Assembly: GCA_053919585.1 (NCBI GenBank)
Contig: CM132783.1
Origin: Euprymna scolopes
Taxonomy: Eukaryota
DNA: 64,000 bases
Reading direction: 5' to 3' (one strand)
How positions within the stretch are numbered: position 1 is the first letter of the stretch; each line of letters starts with the position of its first letter. The notes under the pieces are model-generated. The model saw only the letters and a program-made list of their open reading frames with translations. It had not been told where the DNA came from and made no database searches. This document shows, in pieces, positions 36,131-49,980 of the stretch. A program made the translations under genes and the position numbers.

Positions 36131-37579
36131 TATGTACATGATCTTTCTGATCTTGAGGGAAAGTTATTTATCTCCCTTTCACAGCAAGTTGATATGACAC
36201 AAGGGTCGAAAAGTAGGATTGAAAAACTAGTACCTTACAGGAATAGTGCTCTGACCTGCAAAAAGTGTATCTAGACAGCCTCGATTGAATTCCTTGATAG
36301 GAGCACTTTGGATGATTAATAATAAATTAACTCCTTCTCAAAGGGAGAAAACAAAGCCTATGAGGGTGGACTCCCTAGAATCGCATAGGACTAGCAACAT
36401 ACTGCAGTCAACAGGGGAAAGGGCATTTCAGAAATTGCCTCGACTATTGGCTTTGGTGCCAAGAGAAAAGTGAAACTAATCATTGAGAAATGTAGATTTA
36501 TTTTTCTACTGGTATTTATACACTTTGCTGCATTCAAGTTTTGTTTATTGTATCATTCAACAAAATGTATATTCATAAAACTTTAAAAGAATAGATTTTT
36601 ACAGTTTTTTATTATATAAATCATGTGACTGGTAGAATTCTTTACTTGTGCTGACTATTCCAAGTACCAATATGTGTTTCTAAAATCTAGCTGAGCAGAT
36701 ATTATTGCAGACAGCTCTACACTTCTATTGATGTCATATAAAAAGTTAGACTGTCTGCTTAACTAAAGTGTGGATTTTATGACGTCGAAGAACGAGGTGT
36801 CTCTCAATCTGGGCCATTAGATAGAGTGCCTAGGCTGAAAAGGTCAGAAATTAATTGCCTGATATGTGACAAGTGTCATACATTGAATTGTATTCTAGTC
36901 CACATGCATCTACTGTGATGGACTCTGCTGAATGACCTGATAAGTTCCACAGTGGCTTAAAGAGTTATTGAATGGTCATTTTAGGCACTGGCCTCAAGTT
37001 AAAGTCTGTCTGATACCAGCTTGCCTCTAAAAGGCACTGACAGGTGATTGATCATAAAATGCCTTCCTTGTTATATGTATGTGTACTATAAGTATATATA
37101 ATAAAATGAGTTTCTGTGAATTTCTGGATTATCCTCTCACTTATGGATATTGGGTTACAAATAACATGTTTAGGGGCGATTTGTTGTTAGATTCAGTTAG
37201 ACATGAACGCATCGTTATCATACTATTGTCATCATAATATTCTGTTTAAGCGTCGTTTTACACAATCGCATGAGTTGGACAGCTTGTAGAAATTGATTTC
37301 TAAACTAAACTATCTTTATCCAGGTATATATTTATCCCTCTTTTTCTCGTCTATTCTTACCACTAGGGCTATGACAATCGCATATTCTTTTCATTGTTTT
37401 GACTCTCGAGTGTGTATCCGTTGATATCTTATATGCTTTTATATAGAGTGATGTGGTTCTCAGTTGATTAACTCTGTCTAACTGTGTCGTATATATACTC
37501 GAGAGTTAAAACAATGATAAGAATATGCTGTTGTCATAGCCCTAATCATTTCCTGTGATTTTTTTAAAACTTCGAATTC

Positions 37580-37750
37580 ATCTGTGAACTGATCTACTAC
37601 CTCAACTATTCTACCATACCTTTCATCCAAGTTTCCACTATTTAAACTACATAGCCTGAAATGAGACCGATTTTCTTTGGAAGGCACTTTTACACTTCAG
37701 ACAAGATTTTTTTTTCTCGATCAGATAACCTTCCTGGCGTCATCCTAATG
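37580..37750 (-). mobile_element. RTE-like LINE endonuclease N-terminal remnant
   Basis: FRLCSLNSGNL..R.G.IVEV resembles the APE start of RTE ORFs. Confidence 0.4.
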
Positions 37751-38399
37751 CAGTGATTGAAATCAGCAGTTTATTAAAACACCATCTCAAGGAGATTAGC
37801 TACCAAGAATAAAGAGTACACCACTTGCTCTTGTGTGTATCTTAAAAAATTGTTTTTTCTCTGAAAGACAATAGAATCTTTCATTGCTTAGAGATAAATT
37901 GTATGAGAAAAAACTTTTCATGGTAACTTTTAAGAATGTAGAAGACATGTTATGAAGTTATATCATTAGTGTTATATAATTAAGTTCACAAAATAATACT
38001 ATTACTCGATATGCTAGTATCGATTGAAATACTTTTTCATTAGAAAAGAATGCTGACCCAAAAGATCAGACTAAGAATATTAACAAGAAAACGACCCCAA
38101 TCGACGGGAGGTGAAGAGAAAAACAATAGGACAGATTTCGATGCACATGACCTCTTTAAACAGAGATAAATGATATACTTGTTTGGATTTTCGTGATTGT
38201 TTCGCGACCAAGATTGTTTCATGTGGAGTTTTTATTCACATATTTACGAAACTTTTTAATAAAACTTCAGAGTGGAACGTTGAAGTTTCCACCCTACAAA
38301 AAACATTACAACTTTATTTTAAAACTTTTATTGAAAAAAAAACCCAAACAATTCAGATAACTTGATTATGTAATAGAGCTGATATCTATTTAATGAGGA

Positions 38400-38900
38400 G
38401 GGTGGCCAGTGAGAGAAGGGTACAAAGTCATAGCACTACTTCTGAAGAGAAACCTGGGTCTTTTTGAACTTGTGTGCCAGCGCCCAGTCCTGTTGTCACA
38501 CCCAGGGTTTGCCAGCAGCCACCTGATTGCACTAGAGGATCAGTACACTCTTCAGCACGTCCAGTACATACTTGGGTGTTGACCTTCAAGCCAACTCCGA
38601 AGATGTGAGGTGGCATGATGTGACCCTCACTTGAAACCACACCAAAGACCATAGCCATGGCCAGAAACTTTGTTTTCATCACCCTGGGCACGCCCCTGTT
38701 ATTTGTGGCAATCCAACGATGCATTTTGAGGTTGCTGGCAATAGACATGTTGTCATAACTTGGATCGGCAAAGAGCGTGAGTTGTACAGTGGCACATCTC
38801 TGATCTCGGTTGTTGAACATTGTGTCATTTTTAGACATGATAGAAGGCTCCAATCGCTCTTGGGATTTGTACACGATTGGCCAACTAGAACATTGTCGGC
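38400..38900 (-). mobile_element. maT/DD37D-like Tc1-mariner transposase relic with internal deletion
   Basis: VMKTKF..AMVFGVVSSEGHIMPPHIF..GLKVN followed by a degenerate QD.APAHK. Confidence 0.65.
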
Positions 38901-39713
38901 AACAAAAAAAGAAAACCAGTTTTCATGAAAGGGAAATGGAATCATTTCATCTTTTTTATGGCGACAATTTTATCATTTCAGCCCGTATAAAACCAAACTT
39001 TTTATTGGCCGACATTTTATTTTTTAAATAAAGAAAAACTCGCTATTCCAATACAAAGGAAGGAACAAGCTCCCGGAAATGAGGTACTCTGGATTAATGT
39101 TTTCATTTAAAAAAAACAATGCTAAAAAAACGAGATATTATTTACGAAACATTTTGTGGGGAACAAGATTTCCCCTACATTAATAGACAACGCAAAAATT
39201 CAGAATTTAAGATGCTAGTCTTTCCTGTTTGTGGTCAATAAAGAAAAAATATTTCTAGATCGTTGCAATTTTATGCACAATAAAATCACATAATAATTAA
39301 TAATAAAATACATCATATTATTTGCAAATCTTTTTATAACTTTCATTTTTATGAAAAATTTTGCTATTTGATTGCCTCATCAGAAGGGCAAATTTAAATA
39401 CAAGGTAAGTTTTTAATGTAAGTAACAAAGCAAATTAAACAAAATACATTTCAATAAATATTGTGTAGAGATGATATCACACAATTTGAAAAAGGTATTT
39501 TCTGTGTGTTTTTCATGCCATAGGAATTCCTTCAGCTATGCATCTAAGTGGGATCCCCTAAAATTGAATTAATAATGGTGATTCCAATTAGCGTTCTAAA
39601 TTCTCAAGTATTGCGTCGGTGTATGGAAAATCCTCTTCCCCACTATAATTCAATAACTTGAGTGTTATTTCTTCTGCCCGTCACACCAATAATTTCCTGA
39701 GTGAGGTTGACAC

Positions 39714-42700
39714 TGTTGTCCAAACTTCCAACTTCCAAACTTCTGTATACGTAACGCACCTTCTCTCAACTCCCAACGAACTTCTGCTAATTCAACTTAT
39801 TTCTTCGAAATCCAACTTCAAAATGAACGTCCCTCTAAAATATCAACCCTCTTTTATCTCCAACCAGGAGCATCTCATTTGCATATCGGGTGGTAACATT
39901 GTAGGCATATAAAGAGATAAGGCAGCCATTTTTGTTTCTTTCTTCTTCATTCATTTCATTCCACGACTGACCCGTAGAATTATGCACACATGCTAATTAG
40001 GTAAGTTGCACGTTTCCCTACACTCCCCCCTGATCTCATGATCACACACAGGGCAGGGGGGCAGTCATCTTTGTCGGGTACTCCTTTGAAGAATCGGAGG
40101 CGTCACTTCCTCGGTTCTATCTTCCTCAGTATGTTCCAGCATCCCTTCTCGTGGTGCTATAGGCAGTGTTTCACAATCACTGCGGGTGGGCAGTATTCAT
40201 CTTTCTCGGGTACTTCGATGAGGAACTGGTGATATTACTTCCTCATGTCCATCGATCTCATCACTATTGCCACTAGTATGTTCCATCATTCCCTCATCTG
40301 GTTCTGTAGGTAGTGTTTCTATGCTCACCTGTAGGGGCAGTAGGCGATCAGGATCATCCCTGAACTGTATGTGATCTTCCTCATTATTCTCAGAATCAGA
40401 CGAGGTATAACAGGGGTGGATATCTTTTACATGACGTGGTACACCATTAATCAACATGGTCTGAGGACTTATGATTTTGTCTGTTTTTCTTCTGCAAAAT
40501 TTTACAGTGCACCCAGCATTTGGGGGTTTTACCCAAACACGGTCTCCCACTTGATATGGTGTATTGACAACGCTAACCACTGATGGGGTGAAATCAATTC
40601 CTTTTATACGCTGTTCATAGTGGTAAATCCCATTAGCTGGTGCAGTTTATGGTGTTGCATCGTCCTTTGGTGTCACATTATATCAGTACACAGCTTCTGG
40701 AATAGAACACTGTGTCCTGGCCGCAATTCTTTTAATTGTGCAGTGACACCGCTCCTCTATACCGTTACCTTCTGGAAAATATGCACATCGGTAACACATT
40801 CTAATCCCCCATTCCTGCATAAATTTCTGAAATTCTTGACATCGAAACGTGGTAGCATTATTAGTCAGAATTTCCAGCGGGGCACCACATTAAAAAAAGA
40901 CAGCTTTCAACTGAAACGTGTCGGACCACAATCTGTCAAGGTAAAAAAATGCTTGCCCTCATAATGCATTACATCCATTCCTACTCGATACCAGTTGTCC
41001 TCCACCTCAAGCTTCCCTTTTTGCCATTGGGACGGTGCCAGACTAATTCGCTGACACTCTTCACACGAGAGTATAGCTGCCTTGATTGATGCTCTTGTAG
41101 TTGAAGGACACACTCTTTGGACAAAATATGTTGTCCTCCAAATTCCGGGATGTCAACTCTGCTGATGTATTGTACAGATCTGGTCAGGTGTTAATTGATC
41201 TGTTACGGCCGTGCATGTCTGTTGTGGAGGATCAGATCCCTGCCTCATTACATCAATCCACCTCTTTGGTACTCTGGTCAAGCTATCAGCCAAATTCTGC
41301 ATCGACGAAACTAAGGTAATGTCCACCTGCAAGCTGTATTCATCAACTATACGCTTTATTATTGCCAGTCTCCTTCATACTAACATCTCACTTGCAGCTC
41401 TAGTCTTAACTCAAGCCTTTCCAGTCAAGGTGTCGGTCAACCAGTGGTAAACACACGAGTCAGTGTGGAGATGCACAACCTTAGCCTGCCATTGCAATGC
41501 AAGATTAAGCCCTTTTAACGTGGCATCAAGTTCTGCCAAATTTATATGCTGGGCATCATTTTTCGGACGAAGCCAGCATGCATCTTCCACAACAGCACCC
41601 AACTGTTCCAACACGATACCTGTAGCCAGTGAATTTGCGTCAACCCATGCATTCAGTTCGTTTCCAGATACTTGCCACTCACCCTGGGCAGGGTCGTTTC
41701 TATGTACTCTGGACAACATTTTAGCCATCATTTACTGGAGAGGATCATCATCTACCATGTCGTCCCATCCTTTGGTTACTGCAGTTACTCGTCTTTTTAA
41801 TACTCCTGGTGCCGAACGGAGCCATCCACAGACAGGTAGATGTACTACTAATTTACCACAAATAGAAAACACAATGTGTCTTGTCAATACACTGGGTAAC
41901 TCTGGAATCGCGCTTCCTCGCTTCCATAGACCTCTAGGCCTAACATGGGCACTCCGTCCTTTAGGTGTTTAGGGTCTTTGCTTATTAACCCAAACGATTC
42001 CAGTTTTGCTCGAACCACATCTGCAGACATTATATCCTCATTAACGTAGATGTCGTCAATGTAAGCTGAGGCAGCTTTTGCTGTGGTCTCTTCCTGCATC
42101 AAAATAGTTTTAATAATAGTTGTCATTATTAAGGGTGCTACGTTTAGGCCAAAACCTAAATGTGTCAAACAATATCGTTTTCCCTTGATTATCACTGCCT
42201 GAAATGGTCATAATGACTCATGGACACGTATCTTCAGGTAGGCTCTCTTCAAATCCAGCAGTGCTACATTACTCCCTTTCTGACTCCACTCTCTTAGTTT
42301 AGCAGCGCACACATCTGTGTTTCCAGTGAAAGCATCAACATGTTGATTCAATTCTCGGTAATCCATTATGGGCCGAATTTTGTCTTTAGTAGGTTGTTCA
42401 ACAGTCATAAGTGGAATTAATCCTTTGGGTGGTCCCAGACGTTCCTGTGGGTACGGTATTAACCATCCGTTATCAATCCACATCTGAAGTTCTTCTTCAT
42501 ATGCGGCCCTATTCTTTGTGGAAACTGCATACTCTGGAATGGTGTTGCACAGCCGATCTGATGCTTGGCTCATATTCCATTTCCACTTTGCAGTCCACAC
42601 CTTTTCATTGTCGTCAAACGTAGCACAGAAGTCCTTTTCTTCAATAGACATGGCTGCACAGACTTCTTTCCCGTCTCCAAGCATTACACCTCTAGTCGCT

Positions 42701-43635
42701 GTGATTATGACGCCTCCTAGTGCTTGTATTGCATCAATTCCAATCAACATGTCATAGCCAAGGGGTTTTTCTTGCATCACCAGAACATCAACTTTGACTG
42801 TGTCACCCTTCTCAGTACAGATTGTGACTGTCCCTTCACCACAACATGCTCGGGATAAACCATTGATCGTCATAATACTGACTGGTTGCTCCCGCCACAT
42901 CTGACAGTAATGTGCACAAACTATAGACCGGGAACACCCCGTGTCTATGAGTACGGAGCACTACACATCGTCAATTTTAACGTGAATGACCAGTAATCCT
43001 GTGTTTATTGGTTGGCAAGGGGCAAGGGTGACGACAGTACTTTGCCCCGAACGTCGTTTCCCGAACAGTTGCGAGATATGTGCCCATACTTATTGCAGCG
43101 ATAGCATTGTACTGTTCTCTGTGCTCGTGGATATACATACCTCCTATCACTCCTACAATCCTTAGCAAAATGATTTGTCTCCCCACATTTATAGCACACT
43201 GGGCCTACATGCTTATTACTTCCTGGGAGAAAATCTACATTGCTTCCATGCGGTTCGACTGTTGCATGTTGAATACTAGTTGCTGCTGCAATTGGCTCCT
43301 GTTTCTTACAGATGTTTCGAGCTCGGGCTAAAAACTCGTCTGTTGTCAATTCATCAATTCGTGACGATACCCGCAACAGTTTGCTGACCTCCTCAGGTAA
43401 GCCTACTACAAAGGCACATCTTAATATCTTATCGTTAACCCCACTAAATGGGACCAACAACTTTCGTAGGGCTGCTAGGTACACATCAACTGTTTCCTTG
43501 GGGTGAAGTCGCCGGCTCATAAACTGTTGCCATGCAACAAACGGATCTGTACCAAACGCTGTATACAGGCTGCATTTGATTGTATCCCAGTCTGGTTCAT
43601 CCCCGAGTTGCTGGTAGACTGCATAGGCCCCTCCA
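39714..43635 (-). mobile_element. Compact Gypsy-order element D; 3' LTR ~39714-40022; gag interrupted at 43635
   Basis: Two CCHC knuckles, IDTGCS, DYRELN, YIDDI, WVDANS, DCGPTRF; PPT GAGATCAGGGGGGAG then TGTAGG; distal LTR limit uncertain. Confidence 0.9.
43019..43062 (-). promoter_or_regulatory. Putative -1 frameshift signal, element D
   Basis: GGGAAAC gacgttc GGGGCAA...TTGCCCC; the -1 frame leads to the protease. Confidence 0.78.
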
Positions 43636-45871
43636 TGTAACGTGCATCCAGGAGATAAGCGCCCGTGTGTTTGTGTGTTGTATGGGTACGTGGGAGAGAC
43701 GGATGAGGGGAAAAGACTTACCTCGAGACCAGCTCAGGTCTGGAATGCAAGAATCCTGAACGTTTAAGGGAAGGAGCACGTGTATTGGGATTGGATGTTT
43801 ATGAAGAAGATGGCACCCTACAATGGAGGCGTGGCAGTGAAATTCCAAGCATCCCCAACCTCGTTACAAGGCGGACCGTTTTTTCTTGGTGTGGAAAACT
43901 TGTTGGTCACTTACCGGTCTGTGGCTGGCTCCGCGCAGCTGTTGGTGTAATTAAACGCAGAGCAAATTTAACAACCACGGGTTGGGATGACATATCCGAT
44001 GATGTCCTACTAACTCTGATGATTAAAGAGACACTGGAGAGATGCGTGTTGGCTGCGGCCCATAACAGATTCTCAGCATATCAACCTGGCAGAGCTGGAC
44101 GCTGTTGTAAAGGGGGTAAATCTGGCCCTGCAGTGGCAGTTTAAGAAGTTGACCTTGTACACAGATTCTCTCTGTGTCTACCACTGGGTGTCTGACACAC
44201 TTTTAGGACGGACACGAATCCGTACCAAGGCAGCAAGCGAAATGTTAATACGGAGAAGGCTAGACACGCTAAAAAACCTGGTATCTGAGTATGGGCTATC
44301 ACTGAGCGTCACTCTGGTGCCATCACATTATAATCGTGCTGACCAACTGACCCGTGTACCTCACAAATGGTATGAAGCCGTGAAGCCGGGAATGGAGATT
44401 ACTGCTCGATCTTGTGCAGTTGCAATCGACCCATGTCAAATACAAAAAATTCATGCACAGAGCGGACATCCGGGTATCAAGAGGACCCTTTATTTTGTGA
44501 GGCGCGTATACCCAGCAGTAACCAAGATGGATGTCAGACAGATCGTCTGAAATTGTGAGGCTTGCCAGTCTATTGATCCTGCACCAGAGCGATGGCAGAA
44601 GGGCCGCTTGGAAGTTGAGAGTGTGTGGCAGCGGCTGGCCATGGATATTACCCATTACAGTGGCAAGCCCTTTCTAACTCTTATTGATTGCGGGCCTACG
44701 AGATTTGCGGTGTGGCGGCAGATGACCAGACAGGATTCAGCAAATGTTGTTCACCACCTATCATCCATTTTTTTTGAGCAAGGTGCGCCGGAAGAGCTCC
44801 TGACTGACAATGATGCAGCGTTTTGTAGCCAGCAAGTTCGGCAGTTGTTAGATGAGTGGGGCATCCGACTACGGTTGCGATGTGCGCATGTGCTGTCAGG
44901 AAATGGCATTGCTGAAAGAAGCCATCGCAGCATCAAGAGAATTGCTGCCAGGAAGCCATGTACTATTATGGAAGCCACATATTGGTACAACATTACGCCA
45001 AAGGACGGGACGTCCCCTTCAACCGCACCTGCGAATGCTATTTACACGTACCGAGTCGGAGTGAAGGGAATCAACACTACGCAGCCAGCCGACAAGGGAA
45101 CATATAATAGATATGAAGTGGGAGATCCAGTGTGGGTGCCGCCCCCAGGAAATCGGTGCACCGACAAGTTTAAGCGAGGACAAATATCTGGAGTGATTAG
45201 CCAGCAGTCTGTTTTGGTCGATGGAACCCCACGACATGTGCGAGATCTTCGCCCAGCTACCGAGGTGCGTCACACAACTACAGAAGAAAGCAGTGAAGCG
45301 TCTAGCGATGAGCTGCCGATGCACGGATTCAGTGAGTCCCCTCAAGAGACTGATAGCGATACTTCATCTGATGAGGCGGAACCAGATCCAGAGCCCGAAT
45401 CTGAAACAGTGAATGTACCTCTTCACAGAAGCACACGCACTAAAAGCCCCCCCCCCCAGTGCTCTCTATGTGATCATCAGATCAGGGGGGAGTGTAACGT
45501 GCATCCAGGAGATAAGCGCCTGCGTGTTTGCGTTTTGTGTGGGTACGTGGGAGAGACGGATGAGGGGAAAAGACTTACCTCAAGACCAGCTCAGCGTTAC
45601 CGACCAAAAATAAAAAAGAAAGACCAAGATGGCGGCCGCCGTCTTTTGTAAAGTATGATGTCTCGCAAAGTCACACAAATTCTCGCAATATGCAAATTTA
45701 GCCGGCCTAGAACGACGATAAAAGTGGGTGATGAAAAAGACGTTGGGAGAGCGACGATTGAGTTGGCCGGGGAATCGTGTGACTGTTGCTTCTTGTGCCG
45801 TGTGAGGATATTTTCCCGTTGTTGGATTCCGTGCAGAACCGGTGTATAAAGATTATTGAATTGCTGCAACA
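43636..45871 (+). mobile_element. Compact Gypsy-order element E, internally deleted
   Basis: 43636-43737 repeats the first ~100 bp of the 3' LTR (45493-~45871), then jumps to late RT (GLECKNPERL); integrase ORF 44608-45651 has MDITH, TDND, GNGIAER; PPT present. Confidence 0.9.
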
Positions 45872-46599
45872 TTTATAACATCTTTTTCCTGAACTTACCG
45901 TGTTAAAGAGAGAGTCGGGCGCCATCTTGAATTTTTCCTTACACATTTCTGTTACACTCCATGTTTTTTTTTTTAAATAATCTAATTCGTTTTTCTTCTT
46001 TGTTTTTTGTAAGTATAATATCAATCCAGAGTGTCTCATTTTAGCGAACTTGTTTCTTCCTAAATTGAACACCGTGGACTGGAGCAATGCTTGCCATTTA
46101 AATGTTTACTTTAGCGGGTTTTCCTTATTTAAAAAAAGACAAACGCTTGGCTTAAATAATTTTATTTAAAATGTTGTAAATATATTTTTAAAAAATCGCA
46201 CTCAACATAAAACATAAATCTTGACCACAAAAATTGGCGAAATGAGCAGAAACATTGGAACAAGTCGGTTGTATTATATTTATTCACAGAACCCCATGTG
46301 CGTCAAAAAAGTATCGACCGAAATCTGTCCTTGTGTTTCACTCTTTAGCTCACATGTATACTCTCTGTATAACCTATAGTTTCATTTTCTAGGAATTGTA
46401 TTTTAGTACTTTATTAGATTTTCCTTCATTAGACCAGTAGCCTCTAGTACAACGAATATAATATTTATTTCCCTCATCAACCATGTTGATTTTAAGTCAT
46501 TCGTGAGGTTCGGATTCCTATTCAGTTCAATTCAATTTATTTGGTAAAAAATAAAGCAATCATACTTCAAATGCCATGTAGAGAAAGGGTGGTAGAAAT

Positions 46600-47850
46600 G
46601 TAGAAAATGATGCAGTAGCCGAACATTTGTCTAAATTCACCTTAAATTGTTGTGTTGTTGGTGCATTTATTCCTTCACTTGAAAGTCTATTCCAAGGTTC
46701 AAGAATTCTGATTGAGAAACGGCCCTCCTTCAGTTTAATCGATATCATTGGTAAAATAATTTCTTGGCATGACTGAATAAACTTCTTTCTGGTGGAGAAG
46801 TGAATAATAGATCTTGAGATATATCATAATGTTCATTGAGGAGATTGTAGGTAAAAATGAAATCACGATGTGAGTGCACAAAGGAAGAAAAACTTTTTCT
46901 CTCTTGCATGCCAATGGTTATGTGGTGATCTAATTGCTGGCTTACAATCTACAAACTTTCTGAATTGGCTTTTATAGGACATATCCAATAGACCCAAAAG
47001 CATACGAGTTTTTAGTTTTTGAACTCTCTCCAGATGCAGGATATTATGTATTAGATATAGAGCAAAGGCCCAGTGGTTTTACAATGGAGACACAAAGAGG
47101 GAGAAATATTTCAGGAGAGATTTTCAGAAAAAACGTGTGAGAAATAGAATGCTCCTTGTTTTGTTAGCAGTTTGACTGCCACGCTTAGATGACTGGAAGG
47201 ACAAGTCGACCAGAAGGGCAAGCTCTTTTGTCTCATTCATTTCCTTGAGTAGAGGTGTGTCATCACCAAAATTGAGAGCAGAGTCAGAAGAAGATTGCAA
47301 TATGGCAGCATTTATCGATATTAAGGTATGAGTCCCATTTAATGGTCAATTTCCAGGCATATTGAACGCCAGACTTGATTGTAAATTTCTCTTCTATTTG
47401 ACGTTATCTGCAAATAGGAACAGGTTTCCACCAATCACTTATGGCATGGTGTTTATATAAAGCAAAAAAAAAAAAAAAAAAAGAATAGGACCCAGCTCAA
47501 AACCTTGAAGAACTGCACTGCAAGCATCCATCTCAGATGACAAACTGCCATTTATCTGAACATTGTATGTACAATTACTGAGAAAATATCTTATCCATTT
47601 TAAAACCGATTCATGAAGACCATATATGTCGAATTTATGTAAAAAGAAGCAGTGATTGACAGTCTAAGAAAAGTCCAGAAAGAAAATGTCAGTAGTATCT
47701 ATATTGTCCATTACACTTGTAACATATTCAAGTAAATATGCGAGACATGAACGTTTTGGAATGAAACCAGGTTGAGATAAAGAGATGGTAGCAGTAGATG
47801 TAATGTTATGTTTTTGTGTTTTTCGTTCTATCAAGACCTTAGTCATTCAA
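46600..47850 (-). mobile_element. Decayed CR1/L2-group LINE RT region
   Basis: QPGFIPKRSC, FLDFS, VLQG..LGP, LFADN, RFSIRILEPWNRL in the expected order. Confidence 0.75.
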
Positions 47851-48141
47851 GGTGGTTAGATCAATGATGGGAACAGCCCTTTCAGGTTTTTTTCCAGATG
47901 ACAATATCTGGTTTGATGGTCTTCGCTTGTATGTCTTTATCATAGAAAACTGTCACCTTTTTATTTTACATCATTGGTTTAGGTTCATGTTCCCAGATGA
48001 TAAGTGATCTTTCAAGCTGCATTTCCCTGCAAATCTTTCAGTGTGGGTATCTACATAATTTGTTTCTGTTAAAATAGATAGAAATAAAGAAGGTACACAA
48101 AAAATTGATAACCAATATTTCTACTATAATATAAAAGTCAC

Positions 48142-48142
<1 letters not shown>

Positions 48143-48210
<68 letters not shown>
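48143..48210. repeat. (TG)n microsatellite
   Basis: Directly visible; similar tracts at ~6990-7016 and ~33302-33345. Confidence 0.95.
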
Positions 48211-48214
<4 letters not shown>

Positions 48215-48434
48215 TTATTACTTATAGGTTCCAAAATTTCACACAAAGCTAATTTATATATCTGGCAGTGTTCTTACATATGTTTTGTTAAAAAATCCGA
48301 TCTTAAAAATAGCATTTCTCTCTGAGAATAAAAAAGGATAATTTTACATGGGAATCTTTTATGTTACACGTGTTAGGTAGATAATAAAATTTCTGCAAAT
48401 CATTTCTTTTTAATAAAACACATTTTTATAATCT

Positions 48435-48506
48435 GGAGATATAGCTTAGTGGTAGAGCATTCGACTACAGATCGAATGATCCACTGTTAAAGCCTAGGTG
48501 TACCTT
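48435..48506 (+). pseudogene. tRNA-Cys-derived pseudogene (anticodon ACA)
   Basis: TAGCTTAGTGGTAGAGC D-arm, TTCGA-CTACAGA-TCGAA anticodon arm; T-arm/B-box and acceptor stem degenerate. Confidence 0.75.
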
Positions 48507-49059
48507 ACCATTTTATTTTAATTTTTTCTTATTAATGAATTCAATTTACAATAAAAGAAGAAGTACCATTTAAAATCGCTGCAAATTATTTCTTCGTCTG
48601 CATATTTTAAAACTGAACATTAATTAGAAGTAACTTTTCCAGGGCATTCATCGTCAAGCACAAATGTCAGCTGATATGATACTGTAAACAAACACTTATA
48701 GAATTTGATGAACGACATTATCATTATTATTATTTATTTATTTTCATTTCTTTGCGAATGAGTCCACCAGGCAAATTATTCCTCATAATTTATAATATTC
48801 AATAGAGGATTGATTCTATCGTAATGCATACGCAATCTGCATAAATTAAAATATCATATTTAAGCAAACTGGCTGCTAGCTAGTTCAATAATGAATGCAT
48901 TTTCTTGGTTCATGCTGAAATTGCTAAAAACTTGACTTCTCTCATAAAAACGATTCAACCACTGATTATTATGACAAATAATATTCTACATGAGAACCCT
49001 TCGAACCTTTAAACACTTCGACCTAATATTCACAGGCATCATGAATTGAGAACATTGAC

Positions 49060-49980
49060 AGCGTTTTTGCAAAGAAGGTGGGCTCTCTCTACTGTGCTAG
49101 AAACTATTACACTAGAGAACATCCTATTTCTTTACAAAGTCACACTTAACCCATGCATGGAGTATTGTTGCCACATCTGGGTTAATGCATCTACCACAAG
49201 TCTCTCACTGTTAGACAAGATTCGAAAAAATGCGTCTAATAGGTCCTGCATTGTTATCCCGAGCTCCAATGTCACAATTTCAATAGAGTGTGCTCTGATG
49301 AAGTCAAGTATGTGCTGTAGATATTTAAGTTTTTGTCAAGGGGATACTGACGGCTATCCGAGGAAGTCGTTAAATAAACATCTATTTGTCCGTAGTGTTC
49401 TGCTGTAAGGGAGAAAAGATGATGTCACTCTGAAGAGTGAAGTATAAAACTTATTAACAAGTAGTTCTGTCATGCATTTATGTTTAAGTGTATGAACAGG
49501 TTAAGATTAAAAAGAAGGTTTTGAAATTAAATCCTTTATAATCCTTTATGTATGTTGGCTCTAACGTTTCTTTATTTATTTTATTTTATTTTATTGGAAA
49601 TCCAAAAGGCGCGAAGCCATTTGATGTAAGGAGCTAAAAAGAATAGAAGATAATTATTGTAAAGACAGGAGATGCCTAGTGACTTTCGTCTGAAAACAAA
49701 TAAGGCTATAGATAGGAGGAAAACAGTTATCAAAGAGTAATAGAGAGACAGGAAGCTCACAAGCCTGCAATTCTTGAAAAGAACCACTAAAATAAGAAGC
49801 CGTATTAAAATGAGGTATGAAAACAGCTAATTGATGGATACTACTACACAAAGGAACAAAGAAAGCAGGAAATAAATAAACTAATCTTAAAGCATACATG
49901 CCATAATAGTATTTATAGAAAAGACTGAGACTAGCAACATCATGTCTGTTAGAGAGAGGTTGCAGAGAAGAAGAAGACGA
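49060..49980. mobile_element. Two LINE 3' fragments in opposite orientation (+ ~49060-49310; - ~49600-49980)
   Basis: LYK..LNPCMEYCCHIW on plus; LQPLSNRHDVASLSLFYKYYYG on minus. Confidence 0.65.

Noticed and set aside
39355-39390. Minus-strand CTGATGAGGC..GCAAAA resembling a hammerhead
   Set aside because: No GAAA core and no stem I or III
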